64,000 nucleotides of DNA, from contig JAANOX010000008.1 in NCBI GenBank assembly GCA_020184695.1, forward strand, positions 222-64,221, given 5' to 3'. A program made the position numbers and the translations under genes. The notes beneath the pieces are model-generated. The model saw only the letters and a program-made list of their open reading frames with translations, ran no database searches and was not told the DNA's origin. Below are positions 22,359-34,430 of the stretch, piece after piece (positions within the stretch are counted from its first letter, which is position 1; each line of letters begins with the position of its first letter). The DNA comes from Histomonas meleagridis 2922-C6/04-290x. Lineage: Eukaryota > Protista > Parabasalia.

Positions 22359-25300
22359 TTAAGATCCGAATAACCGCAAAATATTTCTCATTGAATTCAG
22401 TACGGTTGCAATCACATTTGCTTCTTCTTCACTTTTGGTTTCCAGTTTTACTTCTTCTTTAGAATTGACACCTTTAATTACGACAAATTTATCCTCAACT
22501 TTTAACAGAATCAAATCTATAATTTTCATGTAACGAATTTGATTATCACTTCTTATCAAATAAATTGTTGTATCAGTGATAAATACATTTTGTTCATCTC
22601 CTTTAATTGCTAATTTAATAGTTTCATTTTGTAATCTTTTTTGAAGAAAAGATTGAAACTTACTAATTGACTCATCGAAAACACCAATTTCATTATTCGG
22701 GAAAGCTCTTGTACATCTCATTCTTTCTATTCCTTGCATAAGTCCGACATCCTTCATCGTGTTAACGGTCACCTCCGCAAAAAGTGACAAAACACCTTTA
22801 CCGAAACCGGCGCCATTCAAAACTTTACTTCGTAAACCAAAATCTATTTTTTGTAGAATTCCCAAAATTATTGAAGAAGGCTTTAGCGACGCGTTTCGAA
22901 TTAGTTCCAACAAAGCATTTAATGATTGTTGTGAGAATATACCATTTGTTTCTTTTCTATTATCGAAAGCTTCTTCTTGGCTTTCCATTAACTTGGAGAT
23001 ATCATTTGATAAATCAGATTTCATTTTTATTCCGAACATTTCCGCGATCATTGAAGTCACTCCGAACGTTGACAAAATTTTACCTTTTGTCCCGAGCATA
23101 TTAAGTATTTGATTAAACGCCGCAGTTTTATATTCCGTCAAAACGTTTTTTGAAATTTCTTTAAATGAATCTTGTAAATTTGATATTATAATTCCAGGCA
23201 ATAAAATTTTATCTTCTTTAATTCCAGGAATATATTTTAAGTATTTAAACAACTGATGAATTGTTGTGTTTCTTCCAGATTTTCGATTATATTTAAATAG
23301 AATATATAAAGAAGACATTTCAAGCCAATTACATGAAATTATTTTCGATGTTTCATCAAATTGTTTTGTTTGTAATGGAGTAATTTTTGTTTTAATTGGT
23401 TTGATTAATTCAATCAAAAAATAATATAAATCAGAAATTAACGTCGAATCAATTTCGATATCAATTCTTTGGAATATTATCGAAGTATATAATAATGTTG
23501 ATAAATCAGATGATAAAATAGTACTTAACTTAAAAAATGGAACTTTCCCATTATTTCTTCCAATTAATATGTTTGGTTTTGGTGTTTGTACACTTTGATC
23601 ATCAAGTTGAATAGTATTAATACTCATTTGTAATATTTTTTGATATGAATTAATTTCTAATGTTGCGAAAAATTTGTTTAAACTTAATAAAGCAAATTCT
23701 TTCATTCTTAAATCAATTAAACTAATGAAAATATGTTCGAAATTAATATTAAATATTGTTGAGAATATAATTTCTTTTTTAGGTATTTCTGTAGTAATTA
23801 TAATAATTTGATAATTATCTTCTTTAAGAATTGCTGTATAAATTGGTTTGTTTTCAAATAATAGTTCAGTTTTAATATAATCTGTTTCTGATATCAAAGA
23901 TAAATTTAAAATTTGTTCTTCAAATTCAATCTTAACAGAAGGATAAGAAAAAGGTTCATCAAATGCATATAACGAAGTAGAATTAGGTTCAATTTCAAAT
24001 GCAAATTCTTTATTTTTTTGATATGCAATCATTTTAATATCTAAACAATTCGATATAACATAAGGAGAAGGGAAATCAACTGGCTTAAAATATGCATCGA
24101 AATGTGTACCTTCATCTATAATTTCTAATAATATTAACATATAAGAATTATTTGAAGTAACTTTAAAGACAGTTTTATATTCAGATATTAAATATAAAGT
24201 TGGAGTAGAAGTAAATTCTGAAATAGATATCATAAACATTCCTTTAGTAGACATTGTAATTATTTCAAAAGTAGAATGTGCTTCTATTATATAAGGATCA
24301 CATATAAAATCTGTATCATTAACACCTATTGGTTGAAGTATAAAGAATAAATCTAAATTATTATGTATTACTAATAAATGTGAAATTGTTATTATAGCAA
24401 CATTATCTTTATATGAAACATCAATTCTTAATTTAGATTTAAGATTTATTAAATCTTTGGATTGAAAATCTATAATTTCATTACGTGTTGTTAAACAATC
24501 AAAATTTAAAATTGGTTTTGTCAAATTATTATCATTTAATAATAAATTTATATTTAAATGTTCTTTATCATTTAAATAATTTTTAGGACACCAAATTGAT
24601 ATAATTTCTGGTTCAGTTATAATTTTTTCATTTAAATTATCATAAACTATAATATTTAATTTTGTTAAATTAAATATTATACAAGGTACAAAGAATTTGA
24701 TAATTGTTTGTTGAGTTTCTTCTAAAATATCAAATGATACAACTATAAATGAATTAACATTAGATAAATGATTATAACATTGAAGTAATTTTGTCTTAGA
24801 ATTATTTTTTAATGTTTCATATGATAAAAATGTAATACCATCAAGTGATAAACTAATTTTAAATTTATTCTTCTGTATAAAAGGTTTTTCTTCTTCAGGT
24901 TTTAACATAATTATATTAGAATTACCTTCAACTTTAATATTTAAAGGTATTGGTAAATAAGATGATAATATATAAGGAGTAATTAACTCAAATATTTTTG
25001 TTGAAGTAGTTGTATCAACATAAATTAAAACATTTATTGGAAAAGGAATATTATCAATAAATATATTAAATGAATCACATTTTATCATTTTTGAATTTAA
25101 ATTTATTACATTATATTTAACTTTATTATTAAGTTTCCCTTCAGTAAAAATAAATTCATTTTTTAATGGATCTTTAAAAAATATTGGATATGTTGAATTA
25201 GGTTTAACATTTGCATAAAATAAAAATTGATTTTTTACTCTAGAATAAATATCAATTTTAATTCCTAATGAATTTTTTATTTCAAAAGGGGATTTAAATT

Positions 25301-28300
25301 GTAATATAATTCCTCCTTTATAAGGCTTTTTAGAAACACATAATTCATCACTTAATAAAGTCGGAAATATAATTTGATTTGGTGTAATTTGATATTCTTT
25401 TTGATTAAATTCTATTATAATATTTGTAGAAATATCAATTGTAAATATCGGAACAGTTTGATCATGTGATAAAATAAAAGTTTGTGAATTTTCATCATCA
25501 GTATGAAATATTACATCAGAACCTAAAGAATTAATTATCCAAAAATGTGGATATTCAGAAAATTCGAAATCTTTCATCGATAAATTCTTTTTAATATCTT
25601 CTGCTAATGTTAAATATTGTTTTAATGCTATAGTTGGTAAATTAATATTTAAAGATTCATTTAATTTTGCAGTAATTTCTAATTGATCAAAAGTTAAAAT
25701 AGAAAATAACTTTAAATTAAATGGCTCAACTATTAAATCCCATAAACCTGTAGTTTCATTAAAATATGAAATATAAGGAAACAAATTTATCATTATTGAT
25801 TGTACTGAATCATTATTATTTAACTCTAAATTAATTGGTGGTAATACAACTTTAAACATTGGTATAAATCGTGAAGTTCTTCGATTATCTTTACATATAA
25901 TTAATTGATTTTCTTCAGCAATTATTTTAATATTTTTAAATATTTCATTTGTTGTGTTTTTATCATGTGAATTATCTTCTGGAAATGTAATAATTTTGGC
26001 AGATTTTTGGATATTTTCTCTCATATTATTAAATAAAACAAAATCAATTGCTGATAATGTTAAAAAGATTTTTGTTATAATGAATTCAATTGATGTTGTT
26101 GAATCATTAGAAACTATTCGTTTAAATTGAATATTTACTGATTTAAATATAGGTAAATAATTGATGTTATATTTTGGATCTGAAAAATATGCTGAAAAAT
26201 CATTTATATTTAATTCTAAATCAGTTTCTGTTAATTTTAATAAGAAATTAAAACATAAATTAAATAATGGAACTTTAGTTTGTTCAATTGATGTTGGAAT
26301 TGTAACTTTTAATTTTGATGCTTTTATATTTAATATAAATGATAATTTTGTTGATATATCATTTTTATTTACTGAAATTTGTTGTAAAATTGTTGGAATA
26401 TGAAAAAATGGCGAACGAATTATATAATTTACAATTGTCAAATAAAATTGATAATTAATATTTAAAATTAATTCACTAAAAATTATATTAAATTCATTAT
26501 TAAAATGTGAAAACTTCAGTAGTTGAGAATCTGGTGATGAATATGTTAAAGAATTTTCATGATCATCTGAACTAAAGATTTGAAATGAATGAATTTCTGC
26601 TTCCCATTTCTTATCTTCAAGTGAAGCTATAATATTTGAAAGAGAAATCTTTGCAAGTTCTTCTAATAACAATAAAGAAATTTCTAATTTATTAATATTT
26701 ACTATTACTTTAATGATTTCTAATTCATTATTATCTTCTTTTTTATCGATTTTTTCAATTATTATAATTTTAGATTTAATTCGATCTTTAAGTTGTTCAT
26801 TTAATTCTTCATTAATTAATAATTTATTAGAATGAAATTCAGGAATTTCGCCAATAAAAATATAATGAATTATAGCTCGAGCAAATTCATGACTATAAAA
26901 TATTTTAATTTCTTTTATGTTCCATTTCATAAAAATTTTATTAATTTCTAATGAATTATTTGTTTCATCAAATTCCATTTGATTTATTTCATTAAATGTT
27001 ATTTCTTTAAGTATTTCTTCATTATTAACTGAAAATATTGAAATAACATTTGAGATTTCAATAATTTTAGTATGAAAAATATTTTTAACAAATGCTTTTA
27101 ATGATTCAAATGAAAAAGAAGCCAAACTTTTAGAATTATGTAAAATAAATTTTAAATTTGTTAATATTAATTCAAAATTTGATTTCATTTCATCATCAGG
27201 AAAATAATTAATATCAATTTCATTAATCTTAAAATTGATATTAAATGGAATTGAAATTTTTGAATCATCGGAATTATCATTTATTAATATTTTAGAAATA
27301 GTATTAATAAAACAGAATATAAAAGGTAAATTAAAAGATAAATAAACAGAATTCATATTAAAAGTTAGTAAATTATTTTCAAGTTTTAAATAAAATCCTT
27401 CTTTTAACCTTAAAAATTCAATTTCATTATTAATCATTGTATTTCCTTTTATAAAAGACGAATTAATTTCAAAAATGTTTTGGTTTTGATTTTCTATATA
27501 CGCCAATTCAAGATTTAAATCTATTTTTGAAATTTGTTCAAATTTATAATTTATTGGAATAAGTTGAATATTATTTAATAATATCTTATAAATATTTTTC
27601 TTTTTACTATTACTTTCTTTGGAATTTGTTTCAAGTGAAGTAAATTTAAGGAAATATCGAAAAATTTCTTTTGTCAAATTCAAATAACCATTTGAAAGAG
27701 TTAACGCAATTTCAGTTTTATCTTTATTATCATGATATAATATCGAAAACTTATCATTTAATTCCAAAAGTTCATAAATTTTTTCATTTAATATTTGATA
27801 CCCAATAATTTTATTAAAAATAATTTTAGTTTCAAATTCATCATTAGAAATATTTACACAAATTTCCATATTATTTATATTAACATAACCAATTGTATTT
27901 TCTTCATCATAACAAAGTATATTAAATCCATCAAACATTAAATGAAAATTATTATCTTTTGTTTCTTCTTTTGTTTCATTACTGTTCAAAAAAGAAGAAA
28001 CTTCATTTAATATTCGAAGAATTGCATTTATATCATTAGGTTCGATTTCCATTTCGATTAAAGGAAAGTGAAATTCATTTAAATCAAGTTTAAGTGTACT
28101 TTTCCTAATTAAATCATGTTTATTTCTATTTAATGTTAAATCATAAATTTCTATTTGATCTTTTATTATAACTTTTTCTATGTTTAAAAAAAATTTTTCT
28201 TCAATATCAGGAATTTCAAATTTAGGATTAGTAAAAACTAAAACAAATATAATATTTTTTTCATCATCTTTAATTTCTTTTTTAGTTTTAATATTTTCTT

Positions 28301-30845
28301 CTTTTTCTTCTTCATTCTTTAATTGAAGTATTTCTGTTGCATCAGATATAAAAGAATTTATTATATTTATTAATTGTGTATAAATATCTTTATAATTACG
28401 TAAGTTAACTATCATGCTAAAATCTTTTATATTTAATGATATAACAAATGGTGAAATATCATTTTCTTGTGTAATTGTTAAATGTGCCGAATTTTTAGGT
28501 AATGAAATCATTGAAACTTCTCCTTCTATAAATGAAAGAAATCCAAGTGAAAATAAAGCCGAAGTTTTTCCATTATAAATATTATATTGAGCTTTAATAT
28601 CTTTAACAATTAAATATGAATTAACATCATTTAAATTGATTTTCATTTCATTAAGTTCCATTTCTATATTAGTTTGAAGATTATTAAATGAAAGTAAAGT
28701 TTTTGTTTTATCAGTATCATCTTGAGGCATTAATGTATTTTCTTGATGTTTTAATTCAGAAAATTTAGAATATATTAATGCAGAACGTAAAACTTTTAAT
28801 ACATTCGATCCAATATCAATTGATATATTAGATAAACCAAAAAAAGAATCCAAAATAACTTTTTCTAAATGATTAAAAAAAGTAAATGATAAAACAAAAT
28901 CAAACTTAAATCGTTTTAATAAAGAAATTTGATCGAATAACAAATCATCAATTATAAATTGCACATTAAAATCCATTTTAATTTTGGGCGCATTTATTGC
29001 TAATAAACTATTTGCGTTTTTAGTAATTGATATATTACATATAGAAAACTTAATTTCGGATTGTTTTTCATTGTATTCGAATGGATAAACATAAGAAAAA
29101 CCATTAATTTTTAAATTTAAAATATGATTTTTGAAGTATAATAAACGTTTTAATTGTTCAGCTACATCAATTCTATTAATTTTTTGAATAATAACTTCAT
29201 TATCATTTTTATTATTTTTATTAATGTTATTCATATTATATTTTATATTATTAATATTTTTGTTTTTACCAAAATCAAAAAACTCAAAAACATTATGAAT
29301 TGTTTCAGTATCAAAAGTTGTAGTTATATGAGAAACTAAAATTTCCATTAAGAATGGATCAGTAGTTGACGGAATTTTAGAATCGATTGATAAAAATGAT
29401 TCATTATTTTTCCGATCAACACAAACAATTGATCTTAATGAATCATTAATTAAAGAATCTACTGATAAATCTTCAATAGTTAAATGAAAGTCAGCTCCTC
29501 CTTTTACACTTCTTAGTTTAGATTCAATTTGTACAATAGTAAATTTACAAAGAGGCGATTGAACCGAATAAACTAAATCAATTTGGAATAATGGAATATT
29601 TAAAGAAACTGAAAAAGATGAACTATCGAAAAATACATCAGTTGTTTGTATTAATTTCTTTAATTCACTTAAATCAAATGCTGTAAATCCAGAATCCTTT
29701 GTAGACATTTCTTTTTGGACAATAGCTTCCGCATATTCTCTTAAAAATAATGTTGCTGTTTCTCCAATCTTTTTTTCTATTGTTTTAATTTTGTTTTTAA
29801 GGATTGGATGCGGAATTTTATTTTGTTTCTTTTTTCGGATTAATTTTAAATAACTTTTGCGATTTTTTAATATTTTTAATGCTATGGATGGACGGAATGA
29901 ATTCGGTCGTCGTTTTTGTATTGCACATCGTGTCATATAAAGCCAATATTGTATTTCTTCGAATTCTTTAGGTCGAGCACAATTCGAATATTTCCTTCTT
30001 TTATTAAAGAAATTCCATTTCCCTAAAAAGTCATAGATTGCACGACATTGAAGTAAATCAAGAGAAAATTTTAATGTCGGTGATGTAATCTCAATGATAT
30101 TCTTTAACATATCAGGTATATTACGCGTATGTAATAATATACATTCAACATAAAATGGATTTAATAAAAATTGATGTTCATTCGAATCAATTTCTTTTTT
30201 CATCGTTTCTTCAAAATTGGTTAATTTGGTTTCTTCGATGTTCATGGTATCAAGATACATAGAAAGGCCATTAAGATTAAGACGCTTACGAAGTTTGTTC
30301 GCTTTTTTCACTACTTTAAGTAAGGGATTATTATTATCATCAACTGTAAAAAGTGTAAGCTCTGGAATAATTACACCAAGAGTATAATACCCGCAGTCAT
30401 GAGGAACTTCAAGTTTAATGTGAATGTTTTTAACATTAATTCTGGCATTATCAATGACAGTGCTAATGAGAGATTGCCAAGTGCCTTTTTCTTCCTCTTT
30501 AGTTAAAACTTCAGATGTATGAATCGCACTTTGATTAGCTTGAAGATCGTTTTTAATAAGTACATCAAGATCAAGTGTTAAAAGAATAAATATATCACTA
30601 ACTTCTACAATACATGCTTGAGAACTTAATTTTTGCCATGGAATATTAAGGTTTACATTTTTGATTGTTCCCATTTTTACTTTAAATGGTAAACCATGTG
30701 AAGATAATGCTGATGATTTTAATAATAAATTTTCAAAAACTGCCTTACCTTTCCATAACTCCATTTCCATTTGAGACTTGTTGAGCGTTTCTATATATTC
30801 TTTTAGATATTTTGTAATAAATTTTGATACAACTGATTCAAGCAT
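22359..30845 (-). CDS. VPS13: Vacuolar protein sorting-associated protein 13 (lipid transfer protein)
   Basis: 2828 aa. Chorein-N start MLESVVSKFITKYLKEYIETL..MELWKGKAVFENL..PFKV..G..LNIPW; VAB-like YVISNCL..YQK; SINTIQLDDQ; ERMRCTRAF followed by a PH-like end. Confidence 0.93.
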   Translation of the reverse strand: MLESVVSKFITKYLKEYIETLNKSQMEMELWKGKAVFENLLLKSSALSSHGLPFKVKMGTIKNVNLNIPWQKLSSQACIVEVSDIFILLTLDLDVLIKNDLQANQSAIHTSEVLTKEEEKGTWQSLISTVIDNARINVKNIHIKLEVPHDCGYYTLGVIIPELTLFTVDDNNNPLLKVVKKANKLRKRLNLNGLSMYLDTMNIEETKLTNFEETMKKEIDSNEHQFLLNPFYVECILLHTRNIPDMLKNIIEITSPTLKFSLDLLQCRAIYDFLGKWNFFNKRRKYSNCARPKEFEEIQYWLYMTRCAIQKRRPNSFRPSIALKILKNRKSYLKLIRKKKQNKIPHPILKNKIKTIEKKIGETATLFLREYAEAIVQKEMSTKDSGFTAFDLSELKKLIQTTDVFFDSSSFSVSLNIPLFQIDLVYSVQSPLCKFTIVQIESKLRSVKGGADFHLTIEDLSVDSLINDSLRSIVCVDRKNNESFLSIDSKIPSTTDPFLMEILVSHITTTFDTETIHNVFEFFDFGKNKNINNIKYNMNNINKNNKNDNEVIIQKINRIDVAEQLKRLLYFKNHILNLKINGFSYVYPFEYNEKQSEIKFSICNISITKNANSLLAINAPKIKMDFNVQFIIDDLLFDQISLLKRFKFDFVLSFTFFNHLEKVILDSFFGLSNISIDIGSNVLKVLRSALIYSKFSELKHQENTLMPQDDTDKTKTLLSFNNLQTNIEMELNEMKINLNDVNSYLIVKDIKAQYNIYNGKTSALFSLGFLSFIEGEVSMISLPKNSAHLTITQENDISPFVISLNIKDFSMIVNLRNYKDIYTQLINIINSFISDATEILQLKNEEEKEENIKTKKEIKDDEKNIIFVLVFTNPKFEIPDIEEKFFLNIEKVIIKDQIEIYDLTLNRNKHDLIRKSTLKLDLNEFHFPLIEMEIEPNDINAILRILNEVSSFLNSNETKEETKDNNFHLMFDGFNILCYDEENTIGYVNINNMEICVNISNDEFETKIIFNKIIGYQILNEKIYELLELNDKFSILYHDNKDKTEIALTLSNGYLNLTKEIFRYFLKFTSLETNSKESNSKKKNIYKILLNNIQLIPINYKFEQISKIDLNLELAYIENQNQNIFEINSSFIKGNTMINNEIEFLRLKEGFYLKLENNLLTFNMNSVYLSFNLPFIFCFINTISKILINDNSDDSKISIPFNINFKINEIDINYFPDDEMKSNFELILTNLKFILHNSKSLASFSFESLKAFVKNIFHTKIIEISNVISIFSVNNEEILKEITFNEINQMEFDETNNSLEINKIFMKWNIKEIKIFYSHEFARAIIHYIFIGEIPEFHSNKLLINEELNEQLKDRIKSKIIIIEKIDKKEDNNELEIIKVIVNINKLEISLLLLEELAKISLSNIIASLEDKKWEAEIHSFQIFSSDDHENSLTYSSPDSQLLKFSHFNNEFNIIFSELILNINYQFYLTIVNYIIRSPFFHIPTILQQISVNKNDISTKLSFILNIKASKLKVTIPTSIEQTKVPLFNLCFNFLLKLTETDLELNINDFSAYFSDPKYNINYLPIFKSVNIQFKRIVSNDSTTSIEFIITKIFLTLSAIDFVLFNNMRENIQKSAKIITFPEDNSHDKNTTNEIFKNIKIIAEENQLIICKDNRRTSRFIPMFKVVLPPINLELNNNDSVQSIMINLFPYISYFNETTGLWDLIVEPFNLKLFSILTFDQLEITAKLNESLNINLPTIALKQYLTLAEDIKKNLSMKDFEFSEYPHFWIINSLGSDVIFHTDDENSQTFILSHDQTVPIFTIDISTNIIIEFNQKEYQITPNQIIFPTLLSDELCVSKKPYKGGIILQFKSPFEIKNSLGIKIDIYSRVKNQFLFYANVKPNSTYPIFFKDPLKNEFIFTEGKLNNKVKYNVINLNSKMIKCDSFNIFIDNIPFPINVLIYVDTTTSTKIFELITPYILSSYLPIPLNIKVEGNSNIIMLKPEEEKPFIQKNKFKISLSLDGITFLSYETLKNNSKTKLLQCYNHLSNVNSFIVVSFDILEETQQTIIKFFVPCIIFNLTKLNIIVYDNLNEKIITEPEIISIWCPKNYLNDKEHLNINLLLNDNNLTKPILNFDCLTTRNEIIDFQSKDLINLKSKLRIDVSYKDNVAIITISHLLVIHNNLDLFFILQPIGVNDTDFICDPYIIEAHSTFEIITMSTKGMFMISISEFTSTPTLYLISEYKTVFKVTSNNSYMLILLEIIDEGTHFDAYFKPVDFPSPYVISNCLDIKMIAYQKNKEFAFEIEPNSTSLYAFDEPFSYPSVKIEFEEQILNLSLISETDYIKTELLFENKPIYTAILKEDNYQIIIITTEIPKKEIIFSTIFNINFEHIFISLIDLRMKEFALLSLNKFFATLEINSYQKILQMSINTIQLDDQSVQTPKPNILIGRNNGKVPFFKLSTILSSDLSTLLYTSIIFQRIDIEIDSTLISDLYYFLIELIKPIKTKITPLQTKQFDETSKIISCNWLEMSSLYILFKYNRKSGRNTTIHQLFKYLKYIPGIKEDKILLPGIIISNLQDSFKEISKNVLTEYKTAAFNQILNMLGTKGKILSTFGVTSMIAEMFGIKMKSDLSNDISKLMESQEEAFDNRKETNGIFSQQSLNALLELIRNASLKPSSIILGILQKIDFGLRSKVLNGAGFGKGVLSLFAEVTVNTMKDVGLMQGIERMRCTRAFPNNEIGVFDESISKFQSFLQKRLQNETIKLAIKGDEQNVFITDTTIYLIRSDNQIRYMKIIDLILLKVEDKFVVIKGVNSKEEVKLETKSEEEANVIATVLNSMRNILRLFGS

Positions 30846-30855
30846 TATAAGGATT

Positions 30856-30867
30856 TTTTGGGGCGCC
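30856..30867 (-). promoter_or_regulatory. Candidate promoter motif GGYGYCCCAAAA (VPS13 copy)
   Basis: GGCGCCCCAAAA on the minus strand 10 nt upstream of ATG 30845, overlapping the palindrome GGGGCGCCCC. Confidence 0.4.
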
Positions 30868-31176
30868 CCGACATGATCATATATACAATTTTTTATCTAA
30901 AATTACAAAAAAAGTTTTATGAATTCCAAAAATATTTTTATCCATTTCCCATTTTTAATTAAAAATATGTATCAAATAATTTTATATGAATTATTTAGAA
31001 AAAACATGGTCTAATTTAAATTTATAATTTTTAAAATTTTTCGAATTTTTTAAATAATTTTTTTTAGATTTCATAAAGCTCTATATCAATAAATTAACTT
31101 TGTCATTGTTAAATTTTCTTTCTCTTCTAATTCTTTTGATTTAAAACATACCAATATCATGGTCGGGAAAACCGAA

Positions 31177-31186
31177 AAGTGACAGA
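31177..31186 (+). promoter_or_regulatory. AAAGTGAC motif (trichomonad M2-like core promoter element)
   Basis: AAAAGTGAC lies ~11 nt upstream of the importin-beta ATG, in a 350-bp divergent intergenic region shared with VPS13. Confidence 0.4.
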
Positions 31187-31195
31187 AATTTTGTA

Positions 31196-33769
31196 ATGGA
31201 AAATTTGGTGGGTGCTTTGTCGAATATGGGGTCAAATCCTCAAGCATCTGAAGCGGTGAATTTAGCTATTCAATCAGATCCAATCTCATTTTTAAAATTC
31301 GCAAGTGTAATTATATTACAAAACGATGACGGAAGACTAGTTAAAAATACGATTACTATCATTGGAACAATTTTAAGGCCATCTCTTATGAAATCATCAA
31401 GTTCAATTTCACAAGCCTATCATTCCTTAGAAATTAATGAAAAGAATCAACTCAAGCAAGCTTCTACTAAAGCTTTGATGTATGAAGATGAAGGAATTCG
31501 TTATGGCGGTGCATATTGCATAAGTCGTATAGCTGCACTTGAAGTTCCAAACCATCAATGGAATGACATTTTTGATTTTCTCTTTAGTCTTGTTCAATCC
31601 ACTCAACATGGACAATTTGCTCCATTAGGTGCAATTACTTCTATGCGTTATTTATTAGAAATTTCAAATGAATCTCCAAAACCCATAATTTCCAAAACTA
31701 CACTTCGACCATTTTCAACAAAGTTTGAATCAGCAGGTCAAATTGTTCTTACGTCGTGTATGAATTTTTTGTCAACATCTGAATCACCATTTTTATATAA
31801 AATTGAATCCGCGAGATGTTTATCCCCAGCTATTAAAACTTTTGCATCACTTCTTCAGTCACCTGCAATTTATGGTCAACTTATCCAAATTTTACTTATT
31901 AATATTCCATTTGATAATGATGAACTTCATCAACAACTTATCAGAGCATTATCCAAATTATTAAAAACAATATATTTCAAACTCACAAAAGAAATTATTG
32001 ATGCAATCTTAGGTCAAACCAATAATGATTTACAATCCAATAATGAAAATCGATGTATTCATGTCATTGATATGTGGCGAAAAATTGCTCGTTATGAACA
32101 ACGAATAAAACATTCAGAAAATTTCCGAAACATTACATCTTATATTGCCAATACACATGATGGATATTTATTATCTAAATTAGGATCTACAGATATCGAA
32201 TCATTTGATGATCAATCACAATGGTATATTTCACGTTCAGCGTTTGAATGTCTTGAAACATTTTCACATGTTGTACCAGAAATAATATTTGAACATGCGA
32301 CTAAATTTTATGCCGCGGTACAAAATGCTCCACAAGTATCAGTACAAGATAAATTTGCGTCTATATGTGCAGCACAAATTATAGTTAAAATTAGATGTAA
32401 TGAAACAATTAATTTTATTGGAAGTATATTCCAAATAATATTAATCCTTACAACAGCACCGAATAGTGGTATTCAAGCAGCTGCTTATGCTTTATTAATT
32501 ACAATTGTAAAATATAATAAGGAGTTATGTAACACTGAACAAATTGTTACGCAAATTATTGCCTGTGTAGAAAATGGACTTAAATCTACAAACTTAGCAT
32601 TGTTTAAGCGTTCATTATTGTTATTTAATGCATTATGTTCAATATATAGTTCAGAAAATCAAACCTCAATAATCGGACAATTTTATGAAAAAATTATGAA
32701 TATGTTTAATGAAGTTTCACAAAGAAATGATGTTACGTCTGATGAACATATAGTTAGTGTATTATATCAATCAATTTCTAAATTTATTGATGTCCAACCT
32801 AAAGATAATTTACAATTTGTCCAAAATTTCTTAGAAATGGTAATTAATCAATATGAAAATTCATTACAAAATGGTGAAAGAGGTTCTATCTTAAGATTTT
32901 GTTTATCTAAAATAATTAAAAGTTCAGTTAATGTCTTACGTGAAAATGCAATTAATTATGCCCAAAAACTTATTGACTTATTAATTAAATCACTTAATTT
33001 CGATGTTAAATATATTGATTCAATTCTTAATGCACTTACACCTTTAACATATTTCTTTAGAGAAATAACTAATAATTATATTGAAACATTATTTCCTGTT
33101 ATTAAATATTCATATGAAACACAAGATCAAAACATTATAGAATCTGCAAGTTTGTTTGTTTCATATTTATTTAAAGATAATAATATTAATAATATTTATT
33201 TTGACCCAATTCTTGATATATTATTTGTAACTATAATTAATACAACAAGAAATGAAATTATTTCTAATACACTTTATGCAATGGCTGATGTATTAACAAA
33301 TGAAGATATTGGACCAACAATTATTCAAAATCGACAGCGTTACTTCGAAATTTTATTTAATTTAATGGATTTAATTCCAATCTTTGAACAAAAAGATCAT
33401 GAAACTACAGCAGTAATTTTTGCTTATTTAATGAAAACTTTGGCTAATTTTTGTAATATTTATTTATATGAAAAGAATATCGTAAATAATGAAGTTGTTC
33501 CTTCTCAATTCATTGCGCAATTTCAAGAAAAATTTGTCGAATTACCGAAAATTGGTTATAAATATAAGTTTAATAGAATATTAATAATTGAATTTTTCTT
33601 GGATTATGTCGACGCTTTAATTAATATGTTTGGAGGATTTAATAGAATGGGCGCAAAGATGCATAATCCTGGATTTAATTATTATATGAGAGAAGCTAAA
33701 ATTGCTTTCAATAATAATTTATTACCCAAAGAAAAAGAAAAAATAATGAGAAAATATCATGAAAATTAA
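31196..33769 (+). CDS. Importin-beta (karyopherin beta 1-like)
   Basis: 857 aa HEAT protein with AYCISRIAALEVPNHQWNDIF and QWYISRSAFECLETF, matching importin-beta1 motifs. Confidence 0.8.
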   Translation: MENLVGALSNMGSNPQASEAVNLAIQSDPISFLKFASVIILQNDDGRLVKNTITIIGTILRPSLMKSSSSISQAYHSLEINEKNQLKQASTKALMYEDEGIRYGGAYCISRIAALEVPNHQWNDIFDFLFSLVQSTQHGQFAPLGAITSMRYLLEISNESPKPIISKTTLRPFSTKFESAGQIVLTSCMNFLSTSESPFLYKIESARCLSPAIKTFASLLQSPAIYGQLIQILLINIPFDNDELHQQLIRALSKLLKTIYFKLTKEIIDAILGQTNNDLQSNNENRCIHVIDMWRKIARYEQRIKHSENFRNITSYIANTHDGYLLSKLGSTDIESFDDQSQWYISRSAFECLETFSHVVPEIIFEHATKFYAAVQNAPQVSVQDKFASICAAQIIVKIRCNETINFIGSIFQIILILTTAPNSGIQAAAYALLITIVKYNKELCNTEQIVTQIIACVENGLKSTNLALFKRSLLLFNALCSIYSSENQTSIIGQFYEKIMNMFNEVSQRNDVTSDEHIVSVLYQSISKFIDVQPKDNLQFVQNFLEMVINQYENSLQNGERGSILRFCLSKIIKSSVNVLRENAINYAQKLIDLLIKSLNFDVKYIDSILNALTPLTYFFREITNNYIETLFPVIKYSYETQDQNIIESASLFVSYLFKDNNINNIYFDPILDILFVTIINTTRNEIISNTLYAMADVLTNEDIGPTIIQNRQRYFEILFNLMDLIPIFEQKDHETTAVIFAYLMKTLANFCNIYLYEKNIVNNEVVPSQFIAQFQEKFVELPKIGYKYKFNRILIIEFFLDYVDALINMFGGFNRMGAKMHNPGFNYYMREAKIAFNNNLLPKEKEKIMRKYHEN

Positions 33770-34224
33770 ATATATAAATTGTTATTAACTTCATAATAAA
33801 AATAATAGGAACTTTAAAATTATATTTTTATGCGTGCTTATTGAATCAAATTTATTGCGCTGTGTTTACAAAATTTTTGTATAAATTTGTGTGCGGGACA
33901 AAAGTAATTTTATGAATTGACAACAAAGAAATTTCATGCCGATGAACAGTGGCAGTTTCTTATTGGTTAAACTTTTTGAATAATTTTCTCCTCAAGAAGT
34001 TGTGTGGAGAACTAATCGATATCCCTGGAAGATAACGCTGTAGACTTCTATTTCCAATTAAACTGGTTCAAATAAAACGACAATACGATAGATAGAAAAT
34101 TCGATGAGAAAAATGTAAACATGTCGAATTCGACAACTAGATCATTTCCATTTTATTCTAAAATATCTCTTTTTTATTCAATTTTTTTCAGAAGAATTTC
34201 TAATTTTTCATCGAGAATCTTGGC

Positions 34225-34430
34225 TGTTGATATCTAAGACCAATGTACCATTTATTCTTGCATTAATATGGGTACCTCCTTGGAAAAAAATTTTATTCTC
34301 CATTGATGACCAAGTTTTTGTATCAAATCATTAAAAATCCTGTCCTCTTCTCTTGTCCATGAAGCGTAGTTTCTTTTTTAATAATTACATCCTTTGGTTC
34401 ATTTGTGAGGCACAAAAATCTTGAGATTAA
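34225..34430 (-). pseudogene. Myb-domain pseudogene fragment
   Basis: SWTREEDRIFNDLIQKLGHQW, then after a frameshift PRRYPY*CKNKWYIGLR (Myb repeat consensus WT.EED...G..W...P.R....KN.W...L). Confidence 0.55.
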
